Shown here: piece by piece, positions 50,831 through 64,000 of the stretch | Numbering within the stretch: the stretch's first letter is position 1 | Layout of the letters: each line of letters opens with the position of its first letter | Assembly: GCA_965287045.1 (NCBI GenBank) | Contig: OZ336885.1 | Location: 62,310,001-62,374,000 of the forward strand | Source of the DNA: Carcharhinus amblyrhynchos | Taxonomy: Eukaryota | Length of the DNA: 64,000 bases | Direction of reading: 5' to 3' | Made by a program: the position numbers and the translations under genes | The notes under the pieces: model-generated | The model's input: only the letters and a program-made list of their open reading frames with translations | The model's database searches: none | What the model was told of the DNA's origin: nothing

Positions 50831-50974
50831 TGCCTTGCATGCACGAGATGGCTCTGCGCTGTCGGGAGTTCTGTTCGGTGGATCTCCAGAACATGCCCCC
50901 GCTTGGATGAGTGGAAGGCTGGTATTTGGATGACTTGTCTGAAGTCATGGCTGTGTATGAGCCGCGAATGAGCT

Positions 50975-51430
50975 TTGAGTCTCACCAACGCTTACAGATG
51001 CATCAAAAACAATCTTTGTGGTTGCATCATTGCTTGATATAGCTCCCGCTTTGCCCAAAGTCGTAAGAAACTGCAGAAGGACGTGGACATAGCCCAATGC
51101 ATTACGCAAACCAGCCTCCCATCCGTTGACTGTGTCTACACTACTCGCTGCCTCAGCAGAGCACCCAACATAATGAGGGAGGTCACACACTCGGAATGTA
51201 TTCTTTTTCACCTTCTTTGGTGGAACAAAATAAAACACAGTCTGAATTCATGTACCAACCAACACAAAATCAGCTTCTTCCCTACTGCCATCAGACTTTT
51301 GATTGGACTGACCTTGCAATAAGTCGACCTTTCTCTACACCTCAGCTATGACTGTAAAGCAGCATTCTGCACTGTGTATTTTCCCTCTCTATGAACGGTA
51401 TGTTTTGTCCCTACAGCGCACAAGATACTA
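50975..51430 (+). mobile_element. Rex1/Babar-like LINE 3' fragment
   Basis: RKKLQK.VDIAQCITQTSLPSVDCVYTTRCL...SFFPTAIRLL. Confidence 0.75.
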
Positions 51431-52599
51431 TATGTTCTAAATCAGACCAAAATTAACAATATTATCTAAATCCCTTTTGGAATGACGTACCAACCATAAC
51501 GGAGTTAACGAACGCACTTGAAAAGTGAGAGGGGAAGAAATTCGGAACATTGCACGGAAGTGCCCAGGTAACAGTCAGTTGTGCAACGTAATAAGCACAT
51601 GAAGGAGCCAGTTGATCGACGAGTAATGTCAGAAGTTGATGCGAATTTTATTGGCATGCCCAATGGGAATGGTGTGTCGTTTCACTTTAGATAAAAAAAA
51701 AATCAAGTGTGGTTTCAATTTTTGTTCTGCCACTTAACTTTATTTTACTCGCTGGATAATCCGACAACTTCACTTTGTCAATGTCCCTATAAGAAGGTAA
51801 CGTTTTATGAGGATAATATGCGTGCCCACACGACTTCCTTTGACTGAGCATGGCAGAGGCTGTTTTTTTTTCCCCAATACTAGCATTGTCAAAATGAGAA
51901 TTAGACTTAATTTCCATTCCTGCTCTGCCGCTATTATGGCTAGTTATTGATGACATGGGGGTCCAGGGGTGATGTAGCTTCAGAAGACGACATCAATGTT
52001 ATGAATAATTGATAACAGGCATGTTATATGTGGACAACCCTATTTCAAGGAGAGCTTCTGGGTGTACATAGAGTCATCGTCCCAGTTCACCATCTGCAGT
52101 GTTGATTATTTGAGATTTGAGTGAACATTACTCCGCAAAAGAAATGTTTCTCTGCTACCACGAAGCATCGTTCAGAAGGTTGAACTTCACAATTTCGACT
52201 GTCTTTATTTTTATTGGCCTGGCTTCAGGAATGGGATCATGTCTGCATTAGAGACCCAGCGAGCTGATCAGGGAGATTCGCCAGATCTGAACGAACTGCC
52301 TTGGTGATGTTATATGGCTACAACGCAGTTTCCAGGAAACACAAAAAAATGTTTTTTTTTAAGTGCAATGTCCAAATATCTGTGAACAGAACTGTGTTGT
52401 AAAAAAAAAGTTCACTTCCTTTGTTGAGGGTGGACAGCACTGAAGCTTTCGACAGTTCATTTGATCGCTCAGCAAAAGCAACCATTTCCCAGAGATCCCT
52501 CCCGAATTAAACAAAAGGATCAATTAAGTTCAGAGTTTCGTTTTCATCCCAATCATTGTATCAGTGAATACTACTTCGCGTAATGATGCCAGTCGACCC

Positions 52600-52880
52600 A
52601 TCCAGTCTGCACCATCCACAATCAGAACCAGTTACTATTCCCGTAATTCAACGTTTTTATTCCAGCTATCGCCCTTCACACGCAGGGTCAATTTAGCATG
52701 GCAATCTACCTAAGCTCCAAATGTTTGCACTGTGGGATGGAACCGGAGCACCCGGTAGAAACCCAATCAGCCACGGGGAAAATCTCCAAGCTCCAGGCAG
52801 AAAGTCAGCCAAGCCGATAATCGAAGCCGGATCCCTAGCCCTGTGATTCAGCAATGCTAACCAAGATGCCACTGTGATGT
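52600..52880 (-). mobile_element. HE1-like SINE
   Basis: CAATTTAGCATGGC.AATCTACCTAA...GGAACCGGAGCACCCGG.AGAAACCCA core. Confidence 0.8.
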
Positions 52881-53311
52881 TCCGTTATGTTAATTTCCAA
52901 CTTAAAATAATCATACTAAATTACGAAAACACAACCTTCAAATCACTTGAAACGAGAAAACCTAAGTTATCCATTACGCATGTCAGGAATACACGACAAT
53001 AATGTGCTGCGCTGCAATTAGATTATCTCTGATTCTGAACGGAAATGAAAAATCATGCAAAGACAACTATTTTGTGTCTGCTCGTCTCAAGCGATTTCCG
53101 AACACGGTTAGCAAGATCATTCCCGTGCTGTATAGATCGCATTAAATAAGGACGGTGTTCATGGGAAAGCAGCAGAGCTATGGAAGTTAAAGTGAGTAGA
53201 ACAGTAGCTTTTTCTTTAAAACATGCAACGAGATAAATGAAAAAATCCTAATCGTGTCATTTGCATATGTGCAATTCCGTATGGTGGATCGCGAATTAAA
53301 GTGTATCCCCG

Positions 53312-53443
53312 NNNNNNNNNNNNNNNNNNNNNNNNNNNNNNNNNNNNNNNNNNNNNNNNNNNNNNNNNNNNNNNNNNNNNNNNNNNNNNNNNNNNNNNNN
53401 NNNNNNNNNNNNNNNNNNNNNNNNNNNNNNNNNNNNNNNNNNN
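53312..53443. other. Assembly gap (132 N)
   Basis: Direct reading. Confidence 1.
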
Positions 53444-53869
53444 CCCACAAATGGACGAATTCTTTAGATTGTGTTGGAGGAAAATGATCTAGCTGTCTTT
53501 CATCCTGTAGAAGTCAACAACTTCTGAAAAAAAAGGAGAATGTTATTCTGATGAGAAATCCTGTGTAAATGCTCTTCAATCGCTTCGTGATACCACGTTT
53601 GACAAAGGAAGATCAATATTAGGTGTAATGTGCAACTAAAATGATAATGCAGGATGATGTCCAGCATCATTTGCGTGCAAGTGGGAATGGAATTGTGGAA
53701 AGTAAAGCAGTTACTTTATTTAATCTCTATCCAGCTGCATCGAAGTACTGTGCAAGCCAGAAGGACATTGCACAAAATCAGACGGGGAACTGAACTCGAT
53801 TAATCATGACATAATAATATCTAACATAATAATGTAATTTACTGATGTTATTCGAAACCAAATGTCTAG

Positions 53870-55438
53870 ATGAAGAGCCGCGCTCCAAAAACGAGCAACG
53901 GGTAGCAACGATAAATAATTGTGCATTGCTAAATAAGTAAAATTGAAATAATTCCAAACGAGTATAACTATGGCAAAGAATTCGAACCCTTTTCGGGAGC
54001 GATACAAATTAACACAATTTGTACAACAAATATTTGCTGCCACAAATCTACTCTCCTCATGTTGATAGGCTGGAAAATAAAACATTGTATTTCCTTTTTG
54101 ACCAAGATGCAACTAGCATTTGGCATGAGCGAATGATACGTAAAATTATTATAGATGTTAGCCAGTGGACGGACATATGGGGAGATGATGTCGTAGTTTC
54201 ATTACCAGTCTCTAAAAAAAAAACATAACCCGCCATTTATGTTACTGGAACATGCAATTTAATCCGAAGAATCAAGTGCCGTATTTCAAAACAGGCGTAT
54301 TAATAATTCAAATTAGTTATTAAAATATAGAAGTGAAATTGTGGGTTTTAACCTATAGCAATGACATCGAAACAAAAAGGAGTTCTGTCAAAAAAAAACT
54401 TTAAGGTAGGACATCACAGTTGTCTTGTCTGGAAAACATGTGAAAGCATGCATGCAAGAAATTTCTAACAAACTGCTCAATTGTGGGATTTGAGGAGTTT
54501 GGACAAATGGTGTCTTGCTGTGACCCGCAGATTCAAGAGCATTTCAAGCAAATGGCATCATGCTATAATTGGCCTGAGCCTGCCGATATCTATTGTGGGG
54601 TTCCAAAAACATGTCAGACACGAAGGTTGTTGAACTGATTCTGAATCACGAGCATTTCACTTATTCAGGAACAGTTCTCAAAGATTAATATTTCAGTAAT
54701 TGGAAAGTTGTTATTTAAGGACAAATGTCATGGGGGATTTAGCGAACTGACTGTTCATTGCCTCAGCTTAAATCTCAAAAAATGCTCGATTTCATTCATC
54801 AGGATTTTTCTTTCGATGTCTTCGGAAATGACAAAACGGTGGACCATAATTCGATTTGATTTTTCCAAGGAAACCAACATTGAGGAAACAAACAGAACCT
54901 TTTCAGGATGTTAAAGAAACAAAAAAAAAACGCTTTGGAGGAAAACGTTTTTAAATTGTTTGAAATTAAATACAAATATTGGATAAGATGATAAGAAAAA
55001 AAATCTCATACAAAATGTGGGTACCTGGTGCTGTGAATATTAAACGATATTGTCTAAACATTGCCTAACACAGAGAAACAAACAAGTGTATCAGGTGAAT
55101 TGCATCATAGAGTTCATAGGGCAACGACTGAAAAGTAACTGCACTGAGAGCTGTTGGTTCTGCAGTCACAGACTGTCCATTTTAGCTTTTAATTGACGGG
55201 AAGTGGAACATAAATCATGTGTCATAACTACTTTATAAAATTAGCTGGGATTTAAACAGTGAGAAGGGTGCAACAACATGAGGAGTTATGTTAATTGCTC
55301 GGGTACAGGCACGATGTACACCAGCTATGATTCAATATAACATTTTTGAAAATGCTTCTCTGAGCGAATGGGCTCATGCAAGTTTCTTTGCCGACAGATG
55401 GGTGTCTTTGGAACTACTAATGTAAAGTTGCCTAGTGG
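53870..55438 (+). pseudogene. Up to three consecutive decayed V(J)-like exons (~53870-54200, ~54531-54860, ~55074-55438)
   Basis: EEPRS...TINNC...LWQR...NDT*NYYRC; ADIYC...SELTV...VFGND; VYQ..IIEFIGQRLKSNC...MLIARVQ...GVFGTT. Motifs are scattered over frames with many stops. Confidence 0.3.
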
Positions 55439-56019
55439 TTGCAAAAGAGAAAAAATAAAATACGTGCGAACATTCCTTCCTTTTATTTGAGGTATGGGAT
55501 GAATTTAATCATACTGACATTGAGACATAGGACTTTCCAGAGATTAAACATGGAGCTCTATGCAATGTTCTCCCCACCCCTTACAAAGGATATGGCGAGT
55601 TTGTGTGTCCTCGAAGAACGAGATCAACGCTTTTTAATGACATCATTATTTCATTAGTTGTTTGTTAAACGAGAAATTGTGAGAGATGCTATCCATAAAT
55701 TCCATGCCACTAAGAAAAATGGAAAACAAAAAGTTCTAACTGAATCAAATTACATTTCGAATCGGGTATCCACGCTGAATACTTCCCTGAAATGGTTAAG
55801 TTGAAGAAACATGAAAGTCTCACTAAAAACAGTTTAAATATTTTGGTATCAGAGGAACAAACTAGAATTATGAATATGTGTGGTAACCCTCAGAGTCATC
55901 TTGTCAGCTATGATCTCTGCAGTTTTTTTAATAATGTGAGGAAATTTGGAATTGGGCCAGGCAATAATGTGGTTCTCACTTAGAAGGCCAGTTATACTTT
56001 TCTGAAGTATTTGTGCAAA

Positions 56020-58495
56020 GAAAGGATGTGAAAGTGATTGGGGTGATTGGGGAGTTAAACTGCTGGTTAAGGGGATATGTCAGGCGTACTGCGGGGGAGT
56101 GGGGCGGGGAGCTCCTCGGAGGGTTCACACAGCAAGACAATTGGGAAGAGATCAAGAATGGAAAAGATATAGTAACAATGTTAGGTTTTACTGGAGGTCA
56201 TCCAAATCCCAGCGGCAGATTGTGGAACAGATTTGTTGACAGATTTGGCATATTGCAAAAGTGACAGGGTTGCTGTGTTGGGAAATTTTAATTTCCGCTA
56301 TCTTGTCTTTGACTCACTTATTGCTTGGAGCGTGGATGAGGCAGAGCTTGGAAGCAACATCCCGGATGGCTTCCTGAAACGGTATGTAGATGGTCCAAGA
56401 AGGGAAGTGGCCATACTGGACTTGGTGTTCGGAAATGTTAGTTCGCCAAATTTTTTGCAGAGGAGCAGTTCGGGAACTGTGACCACAATTCAGTGAGCCT
56501 TGATGTACTGATGGATAAAGATAATTGTAGTCCTGACGTTAAAGTTTTAAATTGGGGGACGGCTAATTACAAAAAAATATTAGGCAGAAACTGAATAATG
56601 TAGTTTGGGGGCAGATGTTTGAGGGAAAATCAATATCTGTGAGAGGCTTTCAACTGCCTGCAAATATGACGGACAGGTATGCCAAGGTTTGCGAACCTTG
56701 GGTAACGAGAGATATTGTGAGCCTAGTCAAAGGGAAAAAAAATAAAGCATTTGTCAAAGCTGGGAGGCTGGGGATGCACAAAACAAGCTTGAAATACAAG
56801 GAAAGTAGAAAGAAAGTTAACATGGAGTAAGCAGGCCTGATAAAGGGTCATGAAACAGTATTGGCCCACAGGATTAAGGAAAATGCCAAGGCTCTTTATA
56901 CATATATAACGAACCAGAAGGTAGCCAGGCAGATGTTTGGCGCACTGAAGGACAAAGGAGGGGATCTATGCGTGAAGCCAGAGATAATAGGCAAAGTAGT
57001 AAATGAGTTTGTAATGGCTGTATTTACCAAAGAGAAGGACTAAGTGGATGACAAGTCTGGGAAAGGATGTGTAGATAGTTTGAGTCATGTGAGATCAAAA
57101 AGGAGGAGGGGGTTCTTGGGAAACATTAAGAAAGACAACTCCCCAGCGCCCAATGGGATACACGCGCAATTAATGAGAGAGGCAAGGACCAAAATTGGTG
57201 GGGCCTTGAGAGCGGTCTTTATACTGTCAGTGGCTACAGGGAAGGCCCCAGAAGTTGGACAGTAGCCAATGTGACTCTTTTGTTTAAGAAGGGCAGCAAG
57301 ACTAATCCAGGTAATTACAGGCCGGTGAGGGAAATTATTTGAGCGAACTCTTCGAGATAGGATTTATTCCCACTTTGAAACAAATGGGCGTATTAGTGAG
57401 AGGCATCTTGCTTTTGTGAAGGGGAGATCCTGTCTCACGAACATGACCGAGTTTTTCGAGGAAGTGCCAAAGATGATTGATGAGGTCAGGACAATTGATG
57501 TTATCTCCATGGACTTCAGTAAGACTTTTGCCATGTTCCCTCATGCCAGGTGAAGTCGCTTGGTATATCGATTGGTTAGTATATTTGTGGACGAGACAAA
57601 GATTGCTGGATCTGCGCGTAGTGATGACGACTATCAGAGGGTATAGCAGAATAGAGATAAGTTGGAGACTTGGGTGGAGAGATAGCGGATGGAGTTTAAT
57701 CGGGACAAGTGTGAGGTAATGCATTTTGGAAAGACTAATATTGATGAGAAAAAAAATACAGTAAATGGCAGAGCCCTGACGAGTATTGATTTGCAAAGGG
57801 ATCTGGGTGTACTGGTACACAGGCCACTGCAAGTGACAATGCAGGTGGATAATGTAGTCAAGAAGGCATACAGCATGCTTGTCTTCATTGAACGAGGTAT
57901 GGAGGTTAAACTTTGGCAAATCATGTTGACGATTGAGAGAAAATTAATTGGTTCGTACCTAGAAAATAGTGCTCAATTCTGTTCGCCACACTATCAGAAG
58001 ACTGTGAAGGCCTTGGAGAGGATACAGAAGAGATTTGCCAGGATGTTGCCTGATATGGAGGACCTTAAATATGAGGAAAAGTTTGAGAAACTTGTTTTGT
58101 TTTCACTAAACCAATGGAGGTTGAGGGACAACCTGATAGAAGTCGACAAGATTATGAAAGGCACGCACAGTGTGGATAGTCAGAAGCTTTTCCTAGGGTG
58201 GGAGTGTCAATTACTAGGGGCATAGGTTTTAGGGGCGAGGGGCATTTTTTAAAGGAGATGTGCGAGGCAGATTCTTTCGAAAAGGGTAGTGGGCGCCTGG
58301 AAGAACTTGCGGAAGGAAGTAGTGGAAGTGGATACGGTAGTGACGTTTAAGTGGCCTGCTGACAAGTACAAGAATCGGATGGGAATAGAGGGATATGAAC
58401 CTTGAAGGGTAGGGGTTTAGTCGGGCAGGATGGTCGGTGCATGCTTGGAGGGGCGAAGGGCGTGTTCCTGTAATGTAATGCGATTTGTTCTTTGA
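56020..58495 (+). mobile_element. Degraded CR1 LINE (endonuclease + RT)
   Basis: VLGNFN, AILDLVF, IKENAKALYTYI, SPAPNGIH, MEFNRDKCEVMHFG remnants; CR1 tail. Confidence 0.92.
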
Positions 58496-58724
58496 TTCAA
58501 GGAGCCTTCTTAATCACATTCTTTTAATTGTCCTTCACATGCCACTCATTGGTCCAGGCAGATGGCACGCAGGACCAATTGACATAATTCAAATCGCTAA
58601 TCAACCCTTTTCTTTAGTGAGCAGAACAAAACATTTATTAATTTAAAATAATTTCAAGAACCACAATGTGCATGCATCTCTTTTTCTGGATTAGAATTAA
58701 GTGAATGTATTTTGCATATTTCAG

Positions 58725-60077
58725 AACTGGACAGCGTGAAAAGAGCGCTGAAAGATAAAGGTCAGATAACATTTGCACTTATCCAACGGACGCTGTATAT
58801 GGATTTGTTGTTTACGACTTAGAACATTTCAATCTGATCAAATGAAGAGAATATTAAACATTAACAGAATTTAGTTGGACTTTCTAGCTTGGTGCATCAC
58901 TCGATGATAAATGATGATTATTTAGTACGGTTACATCTGCAGGACTTTATCGAAATAATATTGCTCTCTTAGTGAATTATTGTTCGAGCTGAAAGACACT
59001 TTAGTGATATTTCGCATCAAATGTGTTTTAACGGGTCCAAGCCAAATGGGAGCCGACACATTCATTTGTATGGAGACAGTAGCATCCGGCAGTTGCAGCA
59101 TCTCAATCCAATAGGCAGTTACATTTTTTGCAGTATAACTGTATACCTGAAAGAATAAAACACACTATTTTTGGTCACATTAATGTTCAAATTCAGACTG
59201 AATAGTTAACATTTGATTTATTTCAAAATCATTTCTACAAACAATTATGATCTGATACCTGTGTCAAATAAGTGCCACTTCCTGATCTTCAACCTCGTCT
59301 GCTAAATTGCTATAGTTATGTACATATCACTGTTTTTTTTAATTTTGAAAAATGATTCTAATCTAAGCTCAGTTTCTGGTAGTTTTCTTATAATCGTATA
59401 AATCCAAAACGAGCCTCATTTTACCACTATTTTTTTCACAGAGGAGAAATTAACTCAATGCAAGAAAGGTAGATCACTGAAAACATTTCTTTTGTTGTTG
59501 TTGTTCAGAATGTATTTTTCGTCTCGTGTTGTTTCGTATTATTGCTTACTTTACTCGAACAATATTAACTTCAATATTTTACATGATGCATTTTTTTTTA
59601 GAGTTGGAAGCAATGTGTAGATGGAATGGTGAATTTAGTCAAATAATATACTCGACTTGACAAATTTAAAAACAACAACAACAAGAATATTATCCCCCAG
59701 TTTCCACTGTCGTGACTTACAGTGTTCAGGATTAACTCAGTCTTGTTTTCTTTTAATAATTTAAGTTGTTTTAACACAATTTCCCTTGCGTCTCACAGGA
59801 CAAACTTCATTTGAATGTTCTGCAGGTTAGCGCAATGATAAATTAAGTCACGCCTTGAACAAACATAATCAATTGTTGTGATGAAATGTTGCTGCAAAAA
59901 TAACTCACAATCTTGTTATATAAACGTCAATTATACCAACAGGTCGTATGAAATATGTGTTTCGCCTTTCAATTTACATTATAATATTAGTTTCATCTGA
60001 TTTAAGAAGAGTAAAATGCACATCTTGCTAATTTCAAATCAGACACAACACAAAATACAAAACATCGTGTGGACTGA
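58725..60077 (+). other. Micro-exon cassette B: 58725-58760 (36 nt), 59442-59468 (27), 59602-59628 (27), 59799-59825 (27), possible terminal 60043-60077
   Basis: Pyrimidine-AG / G|GT boundaries, all phase 1; the spliced frame is open: ELDSVKRALKDKEEKLTQCKKELEAMCRWNGQTSFECSADTTQNTKHRVD*; aligns exon-for-exon with cassette A. Confidence 0.75.
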
Positions 60078-60329
60078 CACGCCAGCAAAGTATCACACAT
60101 TGCAACGACATCACAACTGGTTCATTAGTTAAGCAGAACATTTCCGCGGACCACATTCAACTTAGCTAATTTGCTTTTCAATTACAATTCAATCATTGTG
60201 TTTAAACAAAAAAAAACAGATAAAGCCATTGGAATCGTTTCGGAGGAGAAATTGAAATTTTTGGATATCATCAGAGCAGCGAAGTTTCCTGCCATCATTC
60301 TCGATGGATGGGCACGAGATTCCTTGGCA

Positions 60330-62140
60330 GATCAAACAAAGAAGTTTCAAAGACTTCGACACCTACATAAAGGGCAAAAGAGGAACGAGAGACAGTGCAG
60401 GACCTCTTTAGGATCAACAAGCTAATTCGTGTGCGGATCCGCATGGTCATCTATGTGTGGATCAACAGAACATGTGCGAGATCATAAATTGATACATCTC
60501 ATCTGTATTCACTGTTGAGAAATGTATGGATGTTATGGAACTTGGCGAAATAAATAGTGATGTATTGAGGAATGTACATTTAACAGAGAAGGAAGCGCTG
60601 GAAGTCTCAACGTGCATTAAGGTGGATAAAACCCAGGAACCTAATGAGATGGATTTCAGACCGCTGTTGGCTGATAGGGAGGAATTGTGGGTGCCCTAGG
60701 AAAGAAATTTGAATCATCAATAATGACAAATGAGTTTCTGAAGAATGCAGAGTCTCAAATTCTATGCCTTTGGTTAAGAGGCGCTGCAAGGAAAACCTAG
60801 GGAACGAGAGGCCGTTGAGACCGATCGCTGTAGTGAGCATGTTGTTGGACGGTATTGTGTTACAGACGAGCTACGTGCATTTTGAGATGCATGGACTGAT
60901 TCGGGGCAGTCAGCATGGCGTAGTAAGTGTAACATCATGTCTCACAAATTTTATTGAGTTTTTGGAGGAATAAACAAGAATGTGGATGAGGACAGTGCGT
61001 TGATGTTGTTTACAGGGAAGTTAGCAAGACCTTTGACAAGGAACCACATGAGAGGTTGTTGCATAAGTCCAATGAACGGGGTCCAATGTGAGGCAGTTAA
61101 ATGCATACAAAATTGGCTTGATGGCAGAGGGTAGAGTGTGGTTATTACTGTAACTGGAGACCTGTTACTCGTGATGTCAGGTCCACAGCTACTTGGCGTA
61201 TACATGAAATATTTGGTGGAGAATATATTAGTCATTGCTAGTAATTTGCAAATTTGACATCAAAATTAGTAGCATTGTGGACAGTGAAGAAGGCTTTCTA
61301 AGATTGCAACGGGACCTTGATCAATTGAACTAGTGGGCTGACACATGTCAGAATAAGTTTACTAGAGTTAAGTGCGGGGTGAACTAGAGAAGGCCTTAAT
61401 CAGTTAATGGTTGGCTGTTGCGCGTTATAGAATAAAGCGATCTAGGGCTACAGGTTCATAACTTCTCGAAAGTGGAGTCACAGTTGGAGAGAGTGGTGCA
61501 GAAGACATTCGACATGCTTGGTTTCATTGGTCAAAAAATTGAAAACAGAAGTTGGAATGTCTTGCTGAAGTTGGACAAGACATTGGTAAGGTCACATTTG
61601 AAATATGGTGTATAGTTCTGATCACCAGATTAGAGAAAGAATGTTATTAAATTGGAAAGAGTTCATAATACATTTTCAATGCAACTGGGACTTGATGGAT
61701 TCAATTAGGAGGAGAAGCTGGGTAGGCTGGGACTTTTGATTTCTGTGGAGAGTAGGGGGCTTCGTGGTGATCTTATGAAGGTCTGTAAAATAATTGGGCT
61801 CTTAGACCACCGAGATGTTAAATATATATTTCCCAAAGGTAGGGCAGTCTAATACTTGAGGGCATAGATTTACGATTACAGCGGAAAAATTCCAAAGTGT
61901 CCAGAGGAATAACTTTTCACACAGAGGGTGGCGAGCGTATGGAACAAGTTGCCAGGTATAGTCGTAGTTGCAGATAAAAGTTTGTATTTTAAAAAGCGTT
62001 CAGAGAGTTGCATGCACAAGATTGGTCGAGAGGGACATGGACCAAGCGCTGGCAATTTGTATTTGCTTATGGGGTTTAAAAAGTGTTGCAAGGACATGTT
62101 AGGCCGATGAGCCTGTTTCCATGCTCTAAACCTCCATGAC
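60330..62140 (+). mobile_element. Degraded CR1 LINE (RT to 3' end)
   Basis: PLVKR..KENLGNERP, LIRGSQHG...SCLTNFIEFLEE, QRVASVWNKLP remnants; tail GGCCGA.GAGCCTGTTTCCATGCT. Confidence 0.9.
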
Positions 62141-62592
62141 GTTAAAGTCTACGACTTGAAACGGCATGACCTGGAAAATTCTGCAACAATTCCTTCGACT
62201 TTATAAAACATAGGAGATTGATGGAAGTCGCAGTCCCATTGGCCGAGAAGGAAACTTGGTTTAGTGAGGCTATCGGACTTTTGAACACACTTTTAAACAT
62301 ATTAGCCTGCCGTTTACCAACCTCTAGATAGAAACATAATACGTAATTCATAATTAAGGTGAATATTTCTCAATGATTGAACTGTTAAGATATTGCAAAA
62401 AAAAACATGAGAAGTATGGAAAGTTGTATATACCTGCATCCCAGTTCCGCAGCAATATCTGTTGTATGTACGAGTTACACAAAAAAAACTCAATATGTCC
62501 ATAAACTTCATTGCATTTGATGGAGGAATATGTGGCAAATTCGAGTGTCATTTTGACGTCAGCTGTACAACCGTTGACACATACAAGTTGAC

Positions 62593-62883
62593 CTCCTTCC
62601 CGAAGCCTACAATGGCAATTGAATTGTGTATAAAACAAAACAGTCTTCAAAAGCACTGCAGAAATCTGTTTCAATTGAATATTTGTTCAGCTTATTAACT
62701 GGCAGTTGCTGCCTGCCATTTGTTCAAAATAACCATGTAGTTCCTGACACGCTTTGAACCATTTGACTTTGAAAGCTTTAATTGTGAAGAAGCAGAGTTG
62801 TGGGAAACAGACGAAATGATGGAAACGGGGAGTTCCACTGGTCGGCGCAACATTAAGGGCCCAAGGGCATGTACTGCGCTGTT
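62593..62883 (-). pseudogene. Possible decayed C1-set Ig domain
   Basis: ORFs 62687-63094 and 62354-62674 share one frame with a single TGA; FVC...FF...KVKWFKACQEL...QFNCH with Cys-Cys spacing of 63 aa; splice contexts are poor. Confidence 0.35.
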
Positions 62884-64000
62884 CTAAATTCGATGTTCTA
62901 TGTTCCAAGTGCGGCACTGGTATTCCCATTGCCACTTCTGCAAAGCGGTTCACGTGGCAAACTTTGTGGGTGCAGAGAAGACTGTAACCGACACGAAGAG
63001 CTATGGCATAAAATGTCGAAACTGAACAGGTGATTCCGCAAAATTGAAGAACGTCCAATGAAACCAATGCGAGATGAAAATACTGAATCAACATTCAATA
63101 CAAATAACAACAAAATACAGTTATGAATCTTCAAGTCGGTTATAAATTTAACTTCTAAATCTCTCTGTTGATTATCGTCGGTATAGTTGAAAAACTCCAG
63201 TCATGTTTCCACATACATTTACAAATACATTTCCAAATACATTTACAAATAACCCATAACAGAATGACAAAAAAAAATGTGGTAATATATTTCATTAATT
63301 GCACACAGGGACGCTAGAGAATAAGGAAACTACTGACTCACGTTTCAAAGCACCAAAAGTGGATGTAACAGGCGTGCAATTAAGGAGGAATAGTCACGCT
63401 AAATGTTATTTTATTAATCCGAGATGTGCCGTTTAGGTGGAGTAATGTGGAAAGTTTCTGAATTTACGAGATAGGGCCATGACAAAGCTGCCCTGTCAGA
63501 ATGTAGGTGCTTAACAGATGGTCCAAGATTTTTCCTTCTGCGCTGTAGAGAGTGAGCGGTTAATCATGCTGCAATACTACATTCTTACATGCAATCAGTT
63601 AATTGTGGAATGGTTGGCGATTGTAGTCTTCAGAATATGCAAAAGTAGTCACTATATCTCAGAAAAAAATATGCACGTGTATGTGTATCAGGTCAGCTGC
63701 AAAAATTCGCCTAACAATAACTTCGAAAAAAAACTGTGCCAGTTGCACAGCGTTGTTCTAGAAGTCTTTCAAAAATTACTGTAACAGTGGATAAGAACAT
63801 CCCATTGTAGATCCTGATTGTCTCACTTAGCACTCAAGTAGAACATGCACGTGTTCTAGCTTGTATTCTGCATCAGAAATTCTACATGTGGAATTGTGAT
63901 TACATTGTAAAATTAAATTAGATATCCATATTTGGGGAAATTGAGAAACGACATGAGTTTTCTGCACAGAAGTACGAGAGTGATACTTCCACGATGTAAT

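Noticed and set aside
30636-53443. Two gaps of identical length (132 N)
   Set aside because: Most likely a scaffolding convention, not biology.
1-64000. CRISPR arrays, operons, rRNA or tRNA genes
   Set aside because: None seen; the DNA is vertebrate, and the tRNA-like boxes belong to SINE heads.

Overview
Eukaryotic, repeat-rich genomic DNA, almost certainly from a cartilaginous fish. This is inferred from the HE1-type SINEs and the shark-type CR1, Penelope and Harbinger elements. I find no intact protein-coding gene, and most ORFs in the track are transposon remnants or chance. Main contents: (1) a ~10 kb diverged direct segmental duplication (~821-11177 vs ~16672-26381); (2) a truncated minus-strand endogenous retrovirus (26381-~30100) with spumavirus-like RT motifs but two Gag zinc knuckles; (3) many CR1, Penelope, Rex1-like, Harbinger and SINE fragments, plus a solo LTR with a 4-bp TSD; (4) a tandem dimer of a ~330-bp structured unit headed by the first 39 nt of U2 snRNA. 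The non-repeat DNA also contains a same-strand series of decayed immunoglobulin V-type exons with germline-joined J-like (GxGT) ends and no RSS; the clearest is NKp30/NCR3-like. Two paralogous cassettes of open, canonically spliced 36/27/27-nt phase-1 micro-exons (38496-39072 and 58725-60077) encode similar coiled-coil peptides. The window looks like a decaying cluster of non-rearranging VJ-type IgSF genes with an unusual micro-exon-encoded tail. All alignments were made by eye, and repeat boundaries are approximate.
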